A stretch of DNA of 64,000 bases, taken from positions 124,001 through 188,000 of the forward strand of contig NC_083408.1 in the NCBI RefSeq assembly GCF_020745735.1, given 5' to 3'. Each line of letters begins with the position of its first letter. The stretch's first letter is position 1. Under the pieces are notes generated by a model. The model was not told the DNA's origin, ran no database searches, and worked only from the letters and a program-made list of their open reading frames with translations. The DNA is from Hemiscyllium ocellatum. Its lineage: Eukaryota. Both the position numbers and the translations under genes were made by a program. Of this stretch, positions 39,032 through 52,325 are shown piece after piece.

Positions 39032-41133
39032 AGGCTTCAAGAGAAGAATACTAATGATATGTGGAGATTATTCAAGGAACAGCTACTGAGTGTCCTTGAT
39101 AAGTATGTACCAGTCAGGCATGGAGTTAAGGGTCTTGTAAGGGAGCCGTGGTTTAATAAGGAATTGGAATCCCTTGTGAAAGGGAAGAAGGCGGCATATG
39201 TAAAGATGAGGCGTGAAGGTTCAGTTGGGGCGATTGAGAGTTATAAGGTAGCCAGGAAGGATCTAAAGAGAGAGCTAAGAGCAGCGAGAAGGGGACATGA
39301 AAAGTCCTTAGTTGGTAGGATTAGGGAAAATTCAAAGGCTTTCGAGAGGAATGTCAGGAATAAAAGGATGACTAGGGTAGGTATCGGTCCAGTCATGGAA
39401 AGTAGTGGGAAGTTGTGCGTGGAAGCGGAGGAGATTGGAGAGACACTAAATCAATACTTTTCGTCAGTATTCACTCAGGAACAGGACACTGTTGCTGGTG
39501 TGAATATTGAGTCACAAGTGATTAGAATGGATGGCATTGAAGTATGTAGGGAAGAGGTTTTGGGAATACTGGAAAGGATGAAAATAGATAAGTCTCCTGG
39601 GCCTGATGGCATTTATCCTAGGATCCTCTGGGAAGCTAGGGAGGAGATAGCAGAGCCATTGGCCTGGATTTTTATGTTGTCATTGTCAACGGGAATAGTA
39701 CCAGAAGACTGGAGGATGGCGAATGCGGTCCCCTTGTTCAAGAAGGGGAGTAGGGATAGCCCGAGTAACTATAGGCCAGTGAGTCTGACTTCTGTGGTGG
39801 GCAAAGTCTTAGAGAGAATGGTAAGAGATAAGATTTATGAACATCTGGATAGGAATAACGTGATCAAGGATAGTCAGCATGGTTTTGTGAAGGGCAGATA
39901 GTGCCTCACAAACCTTATTGAGTTCTTTGAGCAGGTGACGAAGGAGGTGGACGAGGGTAAAGCAGTAGATGTTGTGTATATGGATTTTAGTAAGGCGTTC
40001 GATAAGGTACCCCATGGTAGGCTAATGCAAAAACTACCGAGGTATGGCATTGAGGGTGCATTAGAGGTTTGGATTAGAAATTGACTGGCTGGAAGGAGAC
40101 AGAGGGGTAGTAGTTGATGGTATAGGTTCATCTTGGAGTGCAGTTACTCGCGGTGTACCTCAAGGATCTGTTTTGGGACCATTGCTTTTTGTTATCTTTA
40201 TAAATGATCTAGAGGAGGGGCTTGAAAGCTGGGTGAGTAAGTTTGCGGATGACACAAAAGTCGGTGGAGTTGTGGATAGTGAGGAAGGATGTGGCAGGTT
40301 ACAGCGGGATATAGACAAGTTGCAAAGCTGGGCAGAAAGGTGGCAAATGGAATTCAATGTAGCTAAGTGTGAAGTCATTCACTTTGGTAGGAGTAACAAG
40401 AAGATGGATTACTGGGCTAATTGTAGGCTACTTGGTAGTGTGGATGAGCAGAGGGATCTTGGTGTCCATGTACACAGATCGCTGAAAGTTGCCACCCAGG
40501 TAAATAGTGCTGTGAGGAAGGCATATGGTGTACTGGGCTTTATTGGCAGAGGAATTGAGTTCCGGAGTCCTGAGGTCATGTTGCAGTTGTATAAGACTCT
40601 GGTGCGGCCTCATCTGGAGTATTGTGTGCAGTTTTGGTCTCCATACTATAGGAAGGATGTGGAGGCATTGGAACGAGTGCAGAGAAGGTTTACCAGGATG
40701 TTGCCTGGTATGGTAGGAAAATCGTATGAGGAAAGACTGAGGCACTTGGGGCTGTTCTCTTTGGAGAAAAGAAGGTTTAGGGGAGATTTGATAGAGGTGT
40801 ACAAGATGATTAGGGGTTTAGATAGGGTAGACACTGAGAACCTTTTACCGCTAATGGATTCAGCTGTTCCAAGGGGACACAGCTTTAAATTAAGGGGTGG
40901 AAGGTATAGGACAGATGTTAGGGGTAGATTCTTTACACAGCGGGTTGTGAGTTCATGGAATGCCCTGCCAGTAGCAGTGGTGAACTCTCCCTCTTTATGG
41001 TCATTTAAGCGGGCATTGGACAGGCATTTGGAAGTTATTGGGCTAGTGTAGGTTAGGTAGGATTCGGTCGGCGCAACATTGAGGGCCGAAGGGCCTGTAC
41101 TGCGCTGTATTTTTCTATGTTCTATGTTCTATG
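39032..41133 (+). mobile_element. 5'-truncated CR1 LINE in the CH2-CH3 intron
   Basis: ORFs 38957..39901 and 40173..41051 carry RT motifs; (ttctatg)n tail at about 41112-41133. Confidence 0.95.
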
Positions 41134-41328
41134 AAACATGCTTTTCTGATTTCCTAAAATATTGAATTGTGAGCAAGTCTAATGTAAAACTCAAACTGAA
41201 ATAGGAGATACGTGGCATATTGGGAAATGAGAAGCTGTACCATGCTGTTTACAAAGCCCGATAAATTAGTGTGTTTGATTCACATCCGAGGTCAGAATGA
41301 TTTGCAGCTCTCTGTATGTGTCTCTTAC

Positions 41329-41628
41329 CCTGGAGTGTGGTAATGTTTTTACTTTGAGTGTTCTCTCCATGAGTGACTGAGCAGGTATACACTGCGCTGT
41401 TGAACCATTCACCATAAGGGACTGTCAGCCAACTCGTCCCGTTCGCCTCACACACGGGAGACGTGAAGAAGCCAGAATCCAAGTGTCAGCCATTTTTCAA
41501 CCAACTCATGGAGATCGACTTCAGATGGAAATCGATGATTGAACAGACGACGGTCGCAAACTTGCTGCTTTTGATTTCTTCATTGGAGCTCACAGTTAAT
41601 AAAACAGCTGGTTGGAGAATATCTGGAC
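41329..41628 (-). pseudogene. IGHM: IgM CH2 exon (300 nt, one stop, ~12-nt in-frame deletion)
   Basis: ctaaag|(x)[98 protein letters not shown]|gtaag; TGA at 41486-41488. Confidence 0.95.
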
Positions 41629-41879
41629 CTTTAGGAAACACATCGTGTACGTTATGATGAATTTGACAACAAATACAATCAGTTCTCATATATCGAGTTT
41701 TCTTGTCAATAATGGATACTAACCTCGATATTACAAGATTCAGAATTGTGCAAAGTGCTGGAGAAGCTGGGATCCACACAGAAAGATCAGCAGGACAATG
41801 TGAAAGGGTATAATTTGAGGTCAAAGCAAGGGAGTCAAGGAGGCATAGAAATTATAGGCCGGTAACATCAGAAGGGAAA

Positions 41880-43290
41880 TAACAACGTTGGATGGTATTC
41901 GCGTTAATGAAAGAGTCTGATGAACAAGGCAGATGAATTAACGGCATAACTGAGGAAATAATATCGTTGCTATCACAGAGACATATTGAGAGCGTGGCAG
42001 GAGTGGCTATTCAATGTTACAGGGGTTAATGCCTTCAGGCGAGACAGGGAAAGATGGAGAAGATTGGGGCGAGGTGTGCTATACAGAATGTTGCTTCTGT
42101 CGCAATTCTGAAAAGAGTATTTTCAGTGGGAAAGAGTAATGAAATCATGGATATCTCCTCGAACGAAAGCAAATGGACAGTACTTCAAAACCAAAATACA
42201 GCAAACATAACTACAGGGACATTACGAAAAACCTTACTACAGGTCCAAAAATACAAGTGCAGATACATGGGCAAATTTCAGGGAAACGTAAATTAAATAT
42301 GGGATTGAGAAAAGAGGTTTTTAACTTTCTCAGTGTAGGCTGGGATATTCATACTGTCAAAAGTTTAGAGGGAGCAGAATTCTGAAAATGCCCCCAGGAA
42401 AATATTTTAACAAAGCAAGTGTTTAATCAAGAGAATTTTAATCCAGACCTTGCAAGAGAGGGGAGAACCTGGACTTAACTTTCGTGAATGAAGTCGACCC
42501 AGTGGGTAAAACATCAATGGTGGAGCACTTTGCAGACAGTGATCATAAATCTGCTGAATTCCAGACTGGTCTGGAAAGGGATAGAAATTGGTCCAAAGTT
42601 CTGAAGGGGGAAGGACAACGTTAATAAGATCAGGTAATGATTTGACCAGAGTGGACTGGAAGCTGGCAGAAATGGTAAATCTAAATCAGAGCAGTGTGAC
42701 ACATTTAAGAAAGAAATACGAAAACCACAGAGAACACATTTCCCAGGAAGCCACTGCGTTGCACCAAGTATGCAGCGGGCTGTGGACACCAAAGGGCATG
42801 TAGGGTGAGATAAAGAGAAACAAAAGAGGCTTCTTGTCTACAGTGAAATCTGAAAACAATAGAAACTATTGTGGAGTATAAAACATGCAAGGGTGAGTTG
42901 AAAAGAAAGAGGAATTAGAAGAACAAAAGGGATCATGATAAAACAACAGGAATCAAAATAAAGGAAAATATTTTAAAAAGTTACAGACTCATTAATAATA
43001 AAAGAATAATTCAGGAAACAGTAATGCCCATTAAGTGTTATTATGGTAGTGGAGCCAAAGGATTATATTGTGGTCGAGACGAATGTGTTGTGTCAGTGTT
43101 CACTAGTAAGAGGGACAATATGGGGACAGAAATCACCCAGGAGTGTTGTGATGTACTCTCAGAAATTGGGACACATGAAGTGATGTACTGGATGAAAAGT
43201 GGTTATATTTCCAGGGCAGACGAAATGTATACCAAGCTGTTGAGCGATGCCAAGGATGAAATAGTTGTTTATGAGGTTGTGGTTGGAGTT
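41880..43290 (+). mobile_element. Old, highly decayed CR1 (APE to linker region)
   Basis: Remnants of NARS..NKADEL, SDH and SVFT motifs; no long ORF. Confidence 0.65.
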
Positions 43291-43319
43291 CCAGACCTTC
43301 AGGTATGTCTTTTCTTAGC

Positions 43320-44250
43320 CTTTCCCAGGATAGATGTGTTGTCCATGCTGACCACAGTTTCCAAATTAAACTAATTCAATTTGCCTGTCTTTAACCCATA
43401 ACCATCCAGACCTATCCAATTCCTGGACCTGTCCAAATGTCTTCTAAATGTTGTAAACGTCTCTGCATTTACCACTTCCTCCGGCGTTAATTCCAATGTC
43501 TGGTACAGTACGGCACGGTAGGGCGGCACGGTGGCACAGTGGTTAGCACTGCTGCCTCACAGCGCCTGTAGACCTGGGTTCAATTCCCGACTCAGGCGAC
43601 TGACTGTGTGGAGTTTGCACGTTCTCCCCGTGTCTGCGTGGGTTTCCTCCGGGTGCTCCGGTTTCCTCCCACAGTCCAAAGATGTGCGGGTCAGGTGAAT
43701 TGGCCAAGCTAAATTGCCCGTAGTGATAGGTAAGGGGTAAATGTAGGGGTCGGTGTGGACTTGTTGGGCCGAAGGGCCTGTTTCCACACTGTAAGTCTAA
43801 GTCTAAGTCTAAGTACAGCATGAAGACCCAACCCCTGCACTCAATGCTCTGACCAATGAAGGCACATGTGCAAAACACCTTCTACATGCTAGCTACTTGA
43901 GACAATGTGTTCAATAATCTACACACCTGAACCCGCAGGTCCCTGTGTTCAACATCACTACCCAGTGACCTACCATTAACTCTGTAAGACTCTATGTATC
44001 TGAATCTCCAGGTCTCTCTGTTCGACAACACCACACAGTGCCCTACCATTAACTCTGTAAGTTGTGACCTGATTTATCGTCTCAAAAACTAACATGTCGT
44101 ATTCATTTATACTAAACTCCACCTGTCACTCCTCAGCCCATTTGCCCAGCTGATAAAGCTCTCGTGGTACTTTTAGATAACTTTCACTGACAATTATAGC
44201 ACCAATTTATGTATCATATGCAAACTTACCAACCATGCCCCATTCAATAT
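43320..44250 (-). mobile_element. Decayed CR1 fragments with a nested SINE
   Basis: FIGQSIECRGW and RT-region remnants on the minus strand. Confidence 0.65.
43521..43813 (+). mobile_element. HE1/V-SINE-like, full length and young
   Basis: gggcggcacggtggcacagtggttagc head, (aagtct)n tail, imperfect agtac(g/a)gca duplication. Confidence 0.92.
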
Positions 44251-44469
44251 TTCTTGGCTTTCAACCAATATTGTACCCTGCTTGCCTTTTTCCGACATTC
44301 CCGTATTATTTTCGTTAAGGATTAAAATAATCTATTTCCTTCTTGACATCATTTAATATTTTGTCTTGAATCAATTTCTGCGGCGGAGAATTTCAAAGGC
44401 TAATCATTCTTTTGTCGAACAGAAAACAATCAGGTTCAATGTTATTGGGTGTTGGACAGACTGGTGAGT

Positions 44470-44693
44470 AGCGAAAATGTGTTACTGGAAAAGCGCAACA
44501 GGTCAGGCAGCATCCAAGGAGCAGGAGAATTTACGTTTAAGGCATGAGCCCTTCTTCAATTTTCCTGAAGAAGAGCTCATGCCCGAAACGTCGATTGCCC
44601 TGCTCCTTGGAAGCTGCCTGACCTGCTGCGCTTTTCCAGCAACACATTTTCAGCTCTGATCTCCAGCATCTACAGTCCTCACTTTCTCCTAGA
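44470..44693. mobile_element. Hairpin of inverted family-1-like Penelope termini with 12-bp TSD
   Basis: TSD agactggtgagt at 44458-44469 and 44694-44705; arms of about 90 bp around an attttcc loop. Confidence 0.85.
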
Positions 44694-46109
44694 AGACTGG
44701 TGAGTTGCTAGTGCTAGCATTCCAGACGTGCCGAGGTGCCTTCTTCAGCTTCTAATTTGCATGTTGACATGTTCCATCAGCAGCAAGTTCCAAAACCGAT
44801 CTTTGAGAATAAGGGCGTGCATGCATGTAAATGCTTCACCTGCAAGCTTTCCTCCAAATTAGACTTCAACTTGACTCGCAAATATATCCCTGCCCCTTTA
44901 CTCTTCCTCGATCACAGCCATGGAACTCACTTCTGAACAGTGCTGTGAATGTGCTAATACCACACAAACTTCTGCAATTCAAGTAGGCAGATGACAACTG
45001 GTTTCTGAACGAGATATTAAAAGTCTGACACTTCCACACCTAACTCCTTGAAAAATGGAAAATTATTTGAGACACTCGTGTGCCCACACAAGATGATGTG
45101 CCGAATTGTTTCCTTCTGTGTGGTTTGACTGTGTTCTCACTGAACTAACATAGAACTAACAATTTCATAATCATATAATGGAATGAAGCTTCCCTCATTT
45201 TTAGCAAGGCAACCACACATTATACTTACCTGGAATAAAGAAATAACTTGTTAAATTAATGGAACATGATGATTAGGATGTTTGAATTGGACATTGTCAG
45301 AGATTTAAAGCTTAATTTCATGAGCAAATAATTCCAGCCTCATTGTGTCACTTTAAATACTCACAGAAAATGTATTTCAGAAATGGTCTCTCCCTTTGTT
45401 ATGAGCAATCGAATCAACAAATCTGGGATATGTATTGTTTGTTAATCAAAGGTGTTGAAGAGTTTTAGCCAAAGGGAGGCCTATGCAGTTAGTTCACAGA
45501 TGCACCATGATCTAAGTAAGTGGTAGAACAGCTCAAGGGGTGGAGTGCCCTCCTCCTGCTCTGACGTTAGTATCATTGTGTCATTCGTTCGGCTAGTGCT
45601 GGCACTGAACACTTTTTATTAAAATATTTCAGCGAATTTATTTTTATACGCATTCGTTAAAAAAATTTCTGTTGATTATTTGGAATGGGAGCATCGACAT
45701 TCTCTAATTGAGTGATCAAAACAACTCCCACCCAATTACAGCAGACACTGCACTCTGGAGTGTATAATACAGTTTCTTGTGAAACTATAGCTCAAGATGC
45801 GGGCACTCACATTCAATGATTCTCTGATATTTAATATCTCCGAACTTTCTCAATTTGTTCAAATGCACCGTCTCTGAATAACTTGCTTCGTCGAACAGAA
45901 CTTTTTTTAATGAAACAACAAACTTTGAGTGCTAGAAAAACGAAATTTCTGAAGAAACTAGCAGATCTGGTGGCTCCTGTGGAGGGAAAGCAAGGTTCAC
46001 GTTTCACGTTGAGAGAACCCCACTTGAACAAATTGTTTTCATGCTTTTGGCACAATACCTCATGCCTGTTGAGATGGACAGCGATTATGCTTGCTTGACT
46101 CCTGTTGGA

Positions 46110-49100
46110 AAAGGATTCTTAGTGGAGGTACTTATCTGGGTAAGTTGTTTTCCTATAAAGGCGCGCAGGAGAGGAACCTGAGGCACTACAGAGGTAGAGC
46201 TCCCACCCGCCCTCCTCCTCTCACCTAATAATAAGACGCGTTGTGTTAAGAAGGTAAGTGCTGCATTTTGCTTATTCTCGTATTTAGACATAGTTTTTTT
46301 AAAAAAAGGTTACTTTTAGAGGGATGGCAGTGAAGGAAGTGCAATGTCCCTCTTGCAACATGTATGAGGTGAGGGATATCATGGTCATCCCTGCTGATTA
46401 CACTTGCAGGAAGTGCACCCATCTCCAGCTCCTCCAAGACCGTGTTAGGGAACTGGAACTGGAGTTGGATGAACTTAGGATCATTCGGGAGGCAGAAGGG
46501 GTCATAGATCGGAGCTTTAGGGAAGTAGTAACTCCAAAGATTGCAGACAGATGGGTGACAGTGAGGGAGACTGGGAGGAAGCAGCCAGGGCATAGACCAC
46601 CTGGGGCCATTCCCCTCAAGAACAAGTATATCGTTTTGGATATTTGTAGCGGGGACGACTTACCATGTGTAAGCAATGGGGTTCAGCCCTCTGGCACGGA
46701 GCCTATTCCCGTTGCTTAGAAGGGAAGGGTGGAGAAGAGTAGAGCAACGTTATTGGAGACTCGATAGTTCGGGGCACAGATACGCGGTTTTGTGGGAGCG
46801 AGAGAGACTCACGTTTGTAATGTTACCTCCCAGGTGCAAGGGTACATGATGTCCCTGATCGTGTTTTCCGGGCCCTGAAGGGGAGGGGGAGCAGCCCCAG
46901 ATCGTGGTCCACATTGGCGCCAACGACATAGGGAGGAAGAGGGATGAGGATGTTAGGCAGGCTTTCAGGGAGCTAGCTTGGAAGCTCAGAGTCAGAACAA
47001 ACAGAGTTGTTGTCTCTGGTTTGTTACCCGTGCCACGTGATAGAGAGTCGAGGAATAGAGAGAGAGAGCAGTTAAATGCGTCGCTACAGGGATGGTGCAG
47101 GAGGGAGGGATTCCAATTTCTAGATAACTGGGGTTCTTTCTGGGGAAGGTGGGACCTCTATAAACAGGATGATCTACACCTGAACCTGAGGGGTACCAGT
47201 ATCCTTGGGGGGAGGTTTGCTAGTGCTTTTTCGGGGGGTTTAAACTAACTCTGCAGGGGCATGGGAACCTAGACTGTAGTTTTAGGGTGCAGGACCTGGA
47301 GTGTAGGCAGGTTAGGAACAAGGCATCAATCTCGAAGGAGGGTGCCTGTAAACAAGTAGGTGGTTTGAAGTGTGTATACTTCAATGCAAGAAGTATACGA
47401 AACAAGGTAGGGGAACTTGCAGCGTGGGTTGGTACTTGGGAGTTCGATGTTGTGGCTATTACGGAGACATGGGTAGAACAGGGACAAGATTGGTTGTTGC
47501 AGGTTCCAGGGTTTAAATATTTTAGTAGGGTCAGAGGTGGGGGTAAAAGAGGGGGAGGTGTGGCATTGCTTGTCAAAGATAGTATTACAGCAGTGGAAAG
47601 GACGATGGGTGAAGACTCGGAGTCTGAGATCGTTTGGGCTGAGCTTAGAAATAGGAAAGGTGAGGTAACCCTGTTAGGAGTTTTCTACAGGCCTGCTAAT
47701 AGTCCAAGAGACGTAGAAGAAAGGATTGCGAGGATGATTCAGGAGAAGAGTGAAAGTAATAGGGTGGTTGTTATGGGGGACATTAACTTTCCAAATAATG
47801 ACTGGGAAAGCTATAGCTCGAGTACATCAGATGGGTCAGTGTTTGTCCAATGTGTGCAGGAGGGTTTCCTGACACAATATGTAGACAGGCCAACAAGAGG
47901 TGAGGCCATACTGGATTTGGTTCTGGGTAACGAGCCAGGACAGGTGTTAGAATTGGAGGTAGGTGAGCACTTTGGGGACAGTGACCACAATTCGGTGACT
48001 TTTACTCTAGTGATGGAGAGGGATAAGGCAAGAATTATAGCTGGGGGCAGGGAAATTATGATGCGGTGAGGCATGACTTAGGATGCGTGGCTTGGAAAAG
48101 TAGGCTTCAAGGGAAGTGTGCAATCGATATGTGGAGCTTGTTCAAGGAGCAACTACTGAGTGTCCTTGATAAGTATGTACCTGTCAGGCAGGGAGGAAAA
48201 AATCGTGTGAGGGAGCCGGGGTTTAAAAATGAATTGGAATCCCTTGTTAAAGGGAAGAGAGCGGTCTATGTAAAGATGAGAAGTGAAGGTTCAATTGGGG
48301 CGATTGACAGTTATAGGGTAGCCAGGAAGGATCTAAAAAGAGAGCTAAGAGCAGCAAGGAGGGGACATGAAAAGTCCTTGGTTGATAGGATTAGGGAAAA
48401 CGCAAAGGCTTTCTATAGGTATGCCAGGAATAAAAGGATGACTAGGATGGGAGTAGGTCCCGTCAAGGATAGTAGTGGGAAGTTGCGTGTGGAGGCTGAA
48501 GAAATTGGGGAGACACTGAATGAATACTTTTCGTCAGTATTCTCTCAGGAACAGGACATTGTTGCCAATGTGAATATTGAGTCACAACTAATTAGAATGG
48601 ATGGCATTGAGATATGTAGGGAAGAGCTGTTGGAAATTCTCGAAAGGGTGAATGTAGATAAGTCCCCTGGTGGCATTTATCCTAGGATTCTCTGGGAAGC
48701 AAGGGAGGAGATTGCAGAGCCATTGGCCTGATTTTTATGGTCTCGTTGTCTACAGGAATAGTGCCAGATGACTGGAGGATAGCAAATGTGGTTCCCTTGT
48801 TCAAGAAGGGGAGTAGGGATAACCCGAGTAACTATAGGCCAGTGAGTCTAACCTCTGTTGTGGGTAAAGTCTTCGAGAGAATTGTAAGGGATAGGATTTA
48901 TGAACAGCTGGATAGGAATAATGTGATCAAGGATAGTCAGCATGGTTTAGTGAAGGGTTGGTCGTGCCTCACAAACCTAATTGAATTCTTTGAGAAGGTG
49001 ACTAAGGAGGTGGACGAGGGTAAAACGGTAGATGTGTTATATATGGATATTAGTAAGGCGTTTGATAAGGTTCCCCATGGTAGTCTACTGCAAAAACATA

Positions 49101-50189
49101 CGGAGGTATGGCATTGAGGGTGAGTTGGAGGTTTGGATTAGGGATTGGCTGGCCGGAAGAAGACAGAGGGTAACAGTTGATGGTAAAGGTTCGTCTTGGA
49201 GTGCAGTTACCAGCGGTGTTCCGCAAGGATCTGTTTTGGGACCATTGCTATTTGACATTTTTATAAATGACCTGGAGGAGGGGCTAGGAGGTTGGGTGAG
49301 TAAGTTTGCGGATGATACGAAAGTCGGTGGAGTTGTTGACAGTGAGGAAGGATGTGGCAGGTTACAGCGAGACATAGATAAGCTGCAGAGTTGGCCAGAA
49401 AGGTGGCAAATCGAGTGCAATGTCGCTTAGTGTGAATTGATTCACTTTGGTAAGAGTAACAAAAAGATGGAGTACTGGGCTAATGGTCGGTTACTTGGTA
49501 GTGTGGATGAGCAGAGGGATCTTGGTGTCCATGTACACAGATCTCTGAAAGTTGCAACCCAGGTAAATAGTGCTGTGAATAAGGCATATGGTGTACTGGC
49601 TTTTATTGGTAGAGGAATTGAGTTCCGGAGTCCTGAGCTCATGTTGCAGTTGTATAAGACTCTAGTGTGGCCGCATCTGGAGTATTGTGTGCAGTTTTTG
49701 TCGCCATACTATAGGAAGGATGTTAAGGCACTGGAACGGGTGCAGAGGAGGTTTACCAGGATGTTGTCTGATATGGTAGGAAGATGGAATGAGTAAAGGC
49801 TGAGGCACTTGGGGTTGTTTTCATTGGAGAAAAGAAGGTTTAGTGGTGACTTGATAGAGGTGTACAAGATGATTAGGGGTTTAGGTAGGGTTGACCATGA
49901 GAACCTTTTTCCACGTGTGGAGTCAGATATTACAAGGGGGCATAGCTTTAAATTAAGGGGTGATAGGTATAGGACAGATGTTAGGGGTAGATTCTTTACT
50001 CAGCGAGTCGTGAGTTCATGGAATGCCCTGCCAGTAACAGTGGTGGACTCTCCCTCTTAATGGATATTTAAACGGGCATTGGATAGGCATATGTAGGAAA
50101 GAGGGCTAGTGTAGGTTAGGTGTGCTTTGATCAGCGCAACATCGAGGGTCAAAGGGCCCTACTGCGCTGTATTTTTCTATGTTTTATGA
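46110..50189 (+). mobile_element. Near full-length CR1 LINE (ORF1 zinc-finger/coiled-coil plus SGNH esterase; ORF2 APE plus RT), frameshifted
   Basis: 46324..46719 CPSC...CRKC and leucine heptads; 46904..47248 VHIGANDIG...DDLHLN; 47287..48069 YFNARSIRNK, ITETW, MGDINFP, SDHN; RT 48737-50060; 3' tail. Confidence 0.95.
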
Positions 50190-51188
50190 TCTGAGATAGC
50201 AATTGAAGACCCATTGTAAAGATATCACCATCTGCAGCAAGTGTTCGTTTCAGCGGAGCCCCCACCGTACTTAACAATTAAATTCAGCTATAGCACTGGT
50301 TTAATATAAAGTAAAACAATCTAAGCATAATCTCATTAAATATACTTTGAAAGCGTTTCATTCTGGATTAGTTATGAACGATATTGTTAGACCAGCAAAT
50401 CAAAAGCTGGGATTTCTCTGAGGACTTACTCCATTAACCGCAGCTAGCAATGCCCAAAAGCTTGTGAACAAATATTCATCTGGAAAAAGCTGCTAACTAC
50501 CAAAATTCTGTTTAATATCTGAGAGACATAAGTCAGTACAGCGACTGAATAGATTTCACTGGCCTCTGTGAGTGGAATTCCAACAAACACCCAAAGAATT
50601 GAATCTGCTTTCTTGTACCGAATTAACCTGATAAGAGATGGTGCTACATACCTCTCTCATGGCTTTTAAGTGAACACAGGCCACCTGGCCTATAGTCATG
50701 GTGCCTACCAAAACATCACAACAGATCTGAACACAATGAGCTCGACACTATCTCGGAGAACTCATCTGTTTGACAGTGCGTAAATCATGTTAATTATTAA
50801 CACCTTCCAACAACCAGGGATTGTTCCAGGATGTTTGTACAAAGAAAGTAACATTTCAACATTTATCCAAGAATACTTTGACAGCAGCTCTGAATTGTTC
50901 AAACTCTATGGGAACTACAGAGGAATAAAACTAGGAATTGCAATGCCATCAATTCACTGTCACTGGATTTCAACCTAGAACTCTCTTCCTCTTTCACCTG
51001 TGAAAGTTGCTGCACCAGATTGTCTACTTAATTTGAAATACATTAAAATGTTTTGAAATGCATTATGACCGTTGTCAGTGACATGCAAAGCTGATGATAG
51101 GTTTGCAAATAATAAGATGCAAAATAATTTCTGATTCTACATTGTGCCACTAAACATGTCCTGGTCAACTGAGGCACAAAGAAAATAT

Positions 51189-51279
51189 TCCCGATGAAGG
51201 GCTTATGCCCGAAACGTCGAATTTCCTATTCCTTGGATGCTGCCTGACCTGCTGTGCTTTAACCAGCAACACATGTTCA
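51189..51279 (+). mobile_element. Solo family-1 Penelope 3' terminus with 15-bp TSD
   Basis: TSD gcacaaagaaaatat at 51174-51188 and 51280-51294. Confidence 0.82.
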
Positions 51280-52041
51280 GCACAAAGAAAATATGCAGCA
51301 TATTTCCCTCTGCCTCGCTCAATCAAATATCTCTTGTTGCCAACATCCAATTTCAAAACTCTTATTACAATCTGCCTTTTTTTCCTTAAATGTTCATTCT
51401 GATTGGAACAACTTAGTTAGGACTCTCAATTCTGAGGCACCAAATCAAATATTGCATTTCTGGCAGATGAAAGTGGATTTGAAGCGGTAGATGAAATTGA
51501 ACTGTCTGAGATTCAGATATCTGAATTGGACAATTTACAAATGGTCAGGACCGGTTTACAGGTTAGTGAGAAATAGCACTGAAGTAACTGTACAACATTC
51601 TTCATCCTAGCAGATGCATTGCTCATTTCTTCACGTCAAATATATTCACTGTAATTGAACATTCATCAGAGGAACTAACCAGAGGATTAATGTGAACAAG
51701 AACGTGTTCACAATGAACATAGATAACCACTGAGTTACTAAACTTAATAAGTCATTGTAATTAACTAAATTATTGAGGTGAGACATATCCTAAATTAAGC
51801 ACAGCCCCAGAGGAAATTGATTATTCTCTAAATTATTGTAACATATTCTTCAAACATTTCTTGAACTGTGGAGATTTTGAATGCACTGCATGAAGTCAAT
51901 ACTGCATTCAAGTGTGGAAATGCAGTTCTGTTGAAGAAATTAGGGTAAGTTCATTATCTTGTTAGCTGTTTTTAAAAGGTATGAATTGAAAACATCCTTC
52001 TGTCTGGAGTTGCCTGCTTTAACTGATGTTAAAGTAAATGT

Positions 52042-52325
52042 GGGCAATGCGGTGGCTTAGCAGTGAGCACTGCTGCCTCACAGATCCAGGTACCCAGGCT
52101 CGGTTCCAACCTCGGGCAACAGTCTTTGTGGAGCTGACGCATTCTCCCCTGTGTCTGTATGGGTTTCCTCCCACAGTTCAAAGATGTGCAGGTCATGCTA
52201 TATTGTCCAGAGTGTTAGATGCATCTACCAGGGATAAGTATAGGGTTTGGGTGGGTAACTCTTCAGAGGATCAGCTTGGACTTGTTGGACCAAATGGCCC
52301 GATACATACTGCAGAAAATCTAATC
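52042..52325 (+). mobile_element. Decayed HE1/V-SINE-like
   Basis: ggtggcttagcagtgagcactgctgcctcacag head and a partial core. Confidence 0.78.

Noticed and set aside
38392-39054. 220-aa ORF as a host gene
   Set aside because: It is a chance read-through of decayed LINE, PLE terminus and CR1 sequence with no coherent domain. The same applies to most short ORFs in the track, which are antisense frames of repeats.
43521-43600. tRNA genes at SINE heads
   Set aside because: The A/B-box-like heads continue into the SINE core and a LINE-type tail, with no complete cloverleaf.
50560-50770. Possible CH1 remnant (minus-strand FGRHHDYRP, reminiscent of FGCLAMDYSP)
   Set aside because: Wrong spacing, no Cys or Trp, and no flanking similarity; treated as chance.
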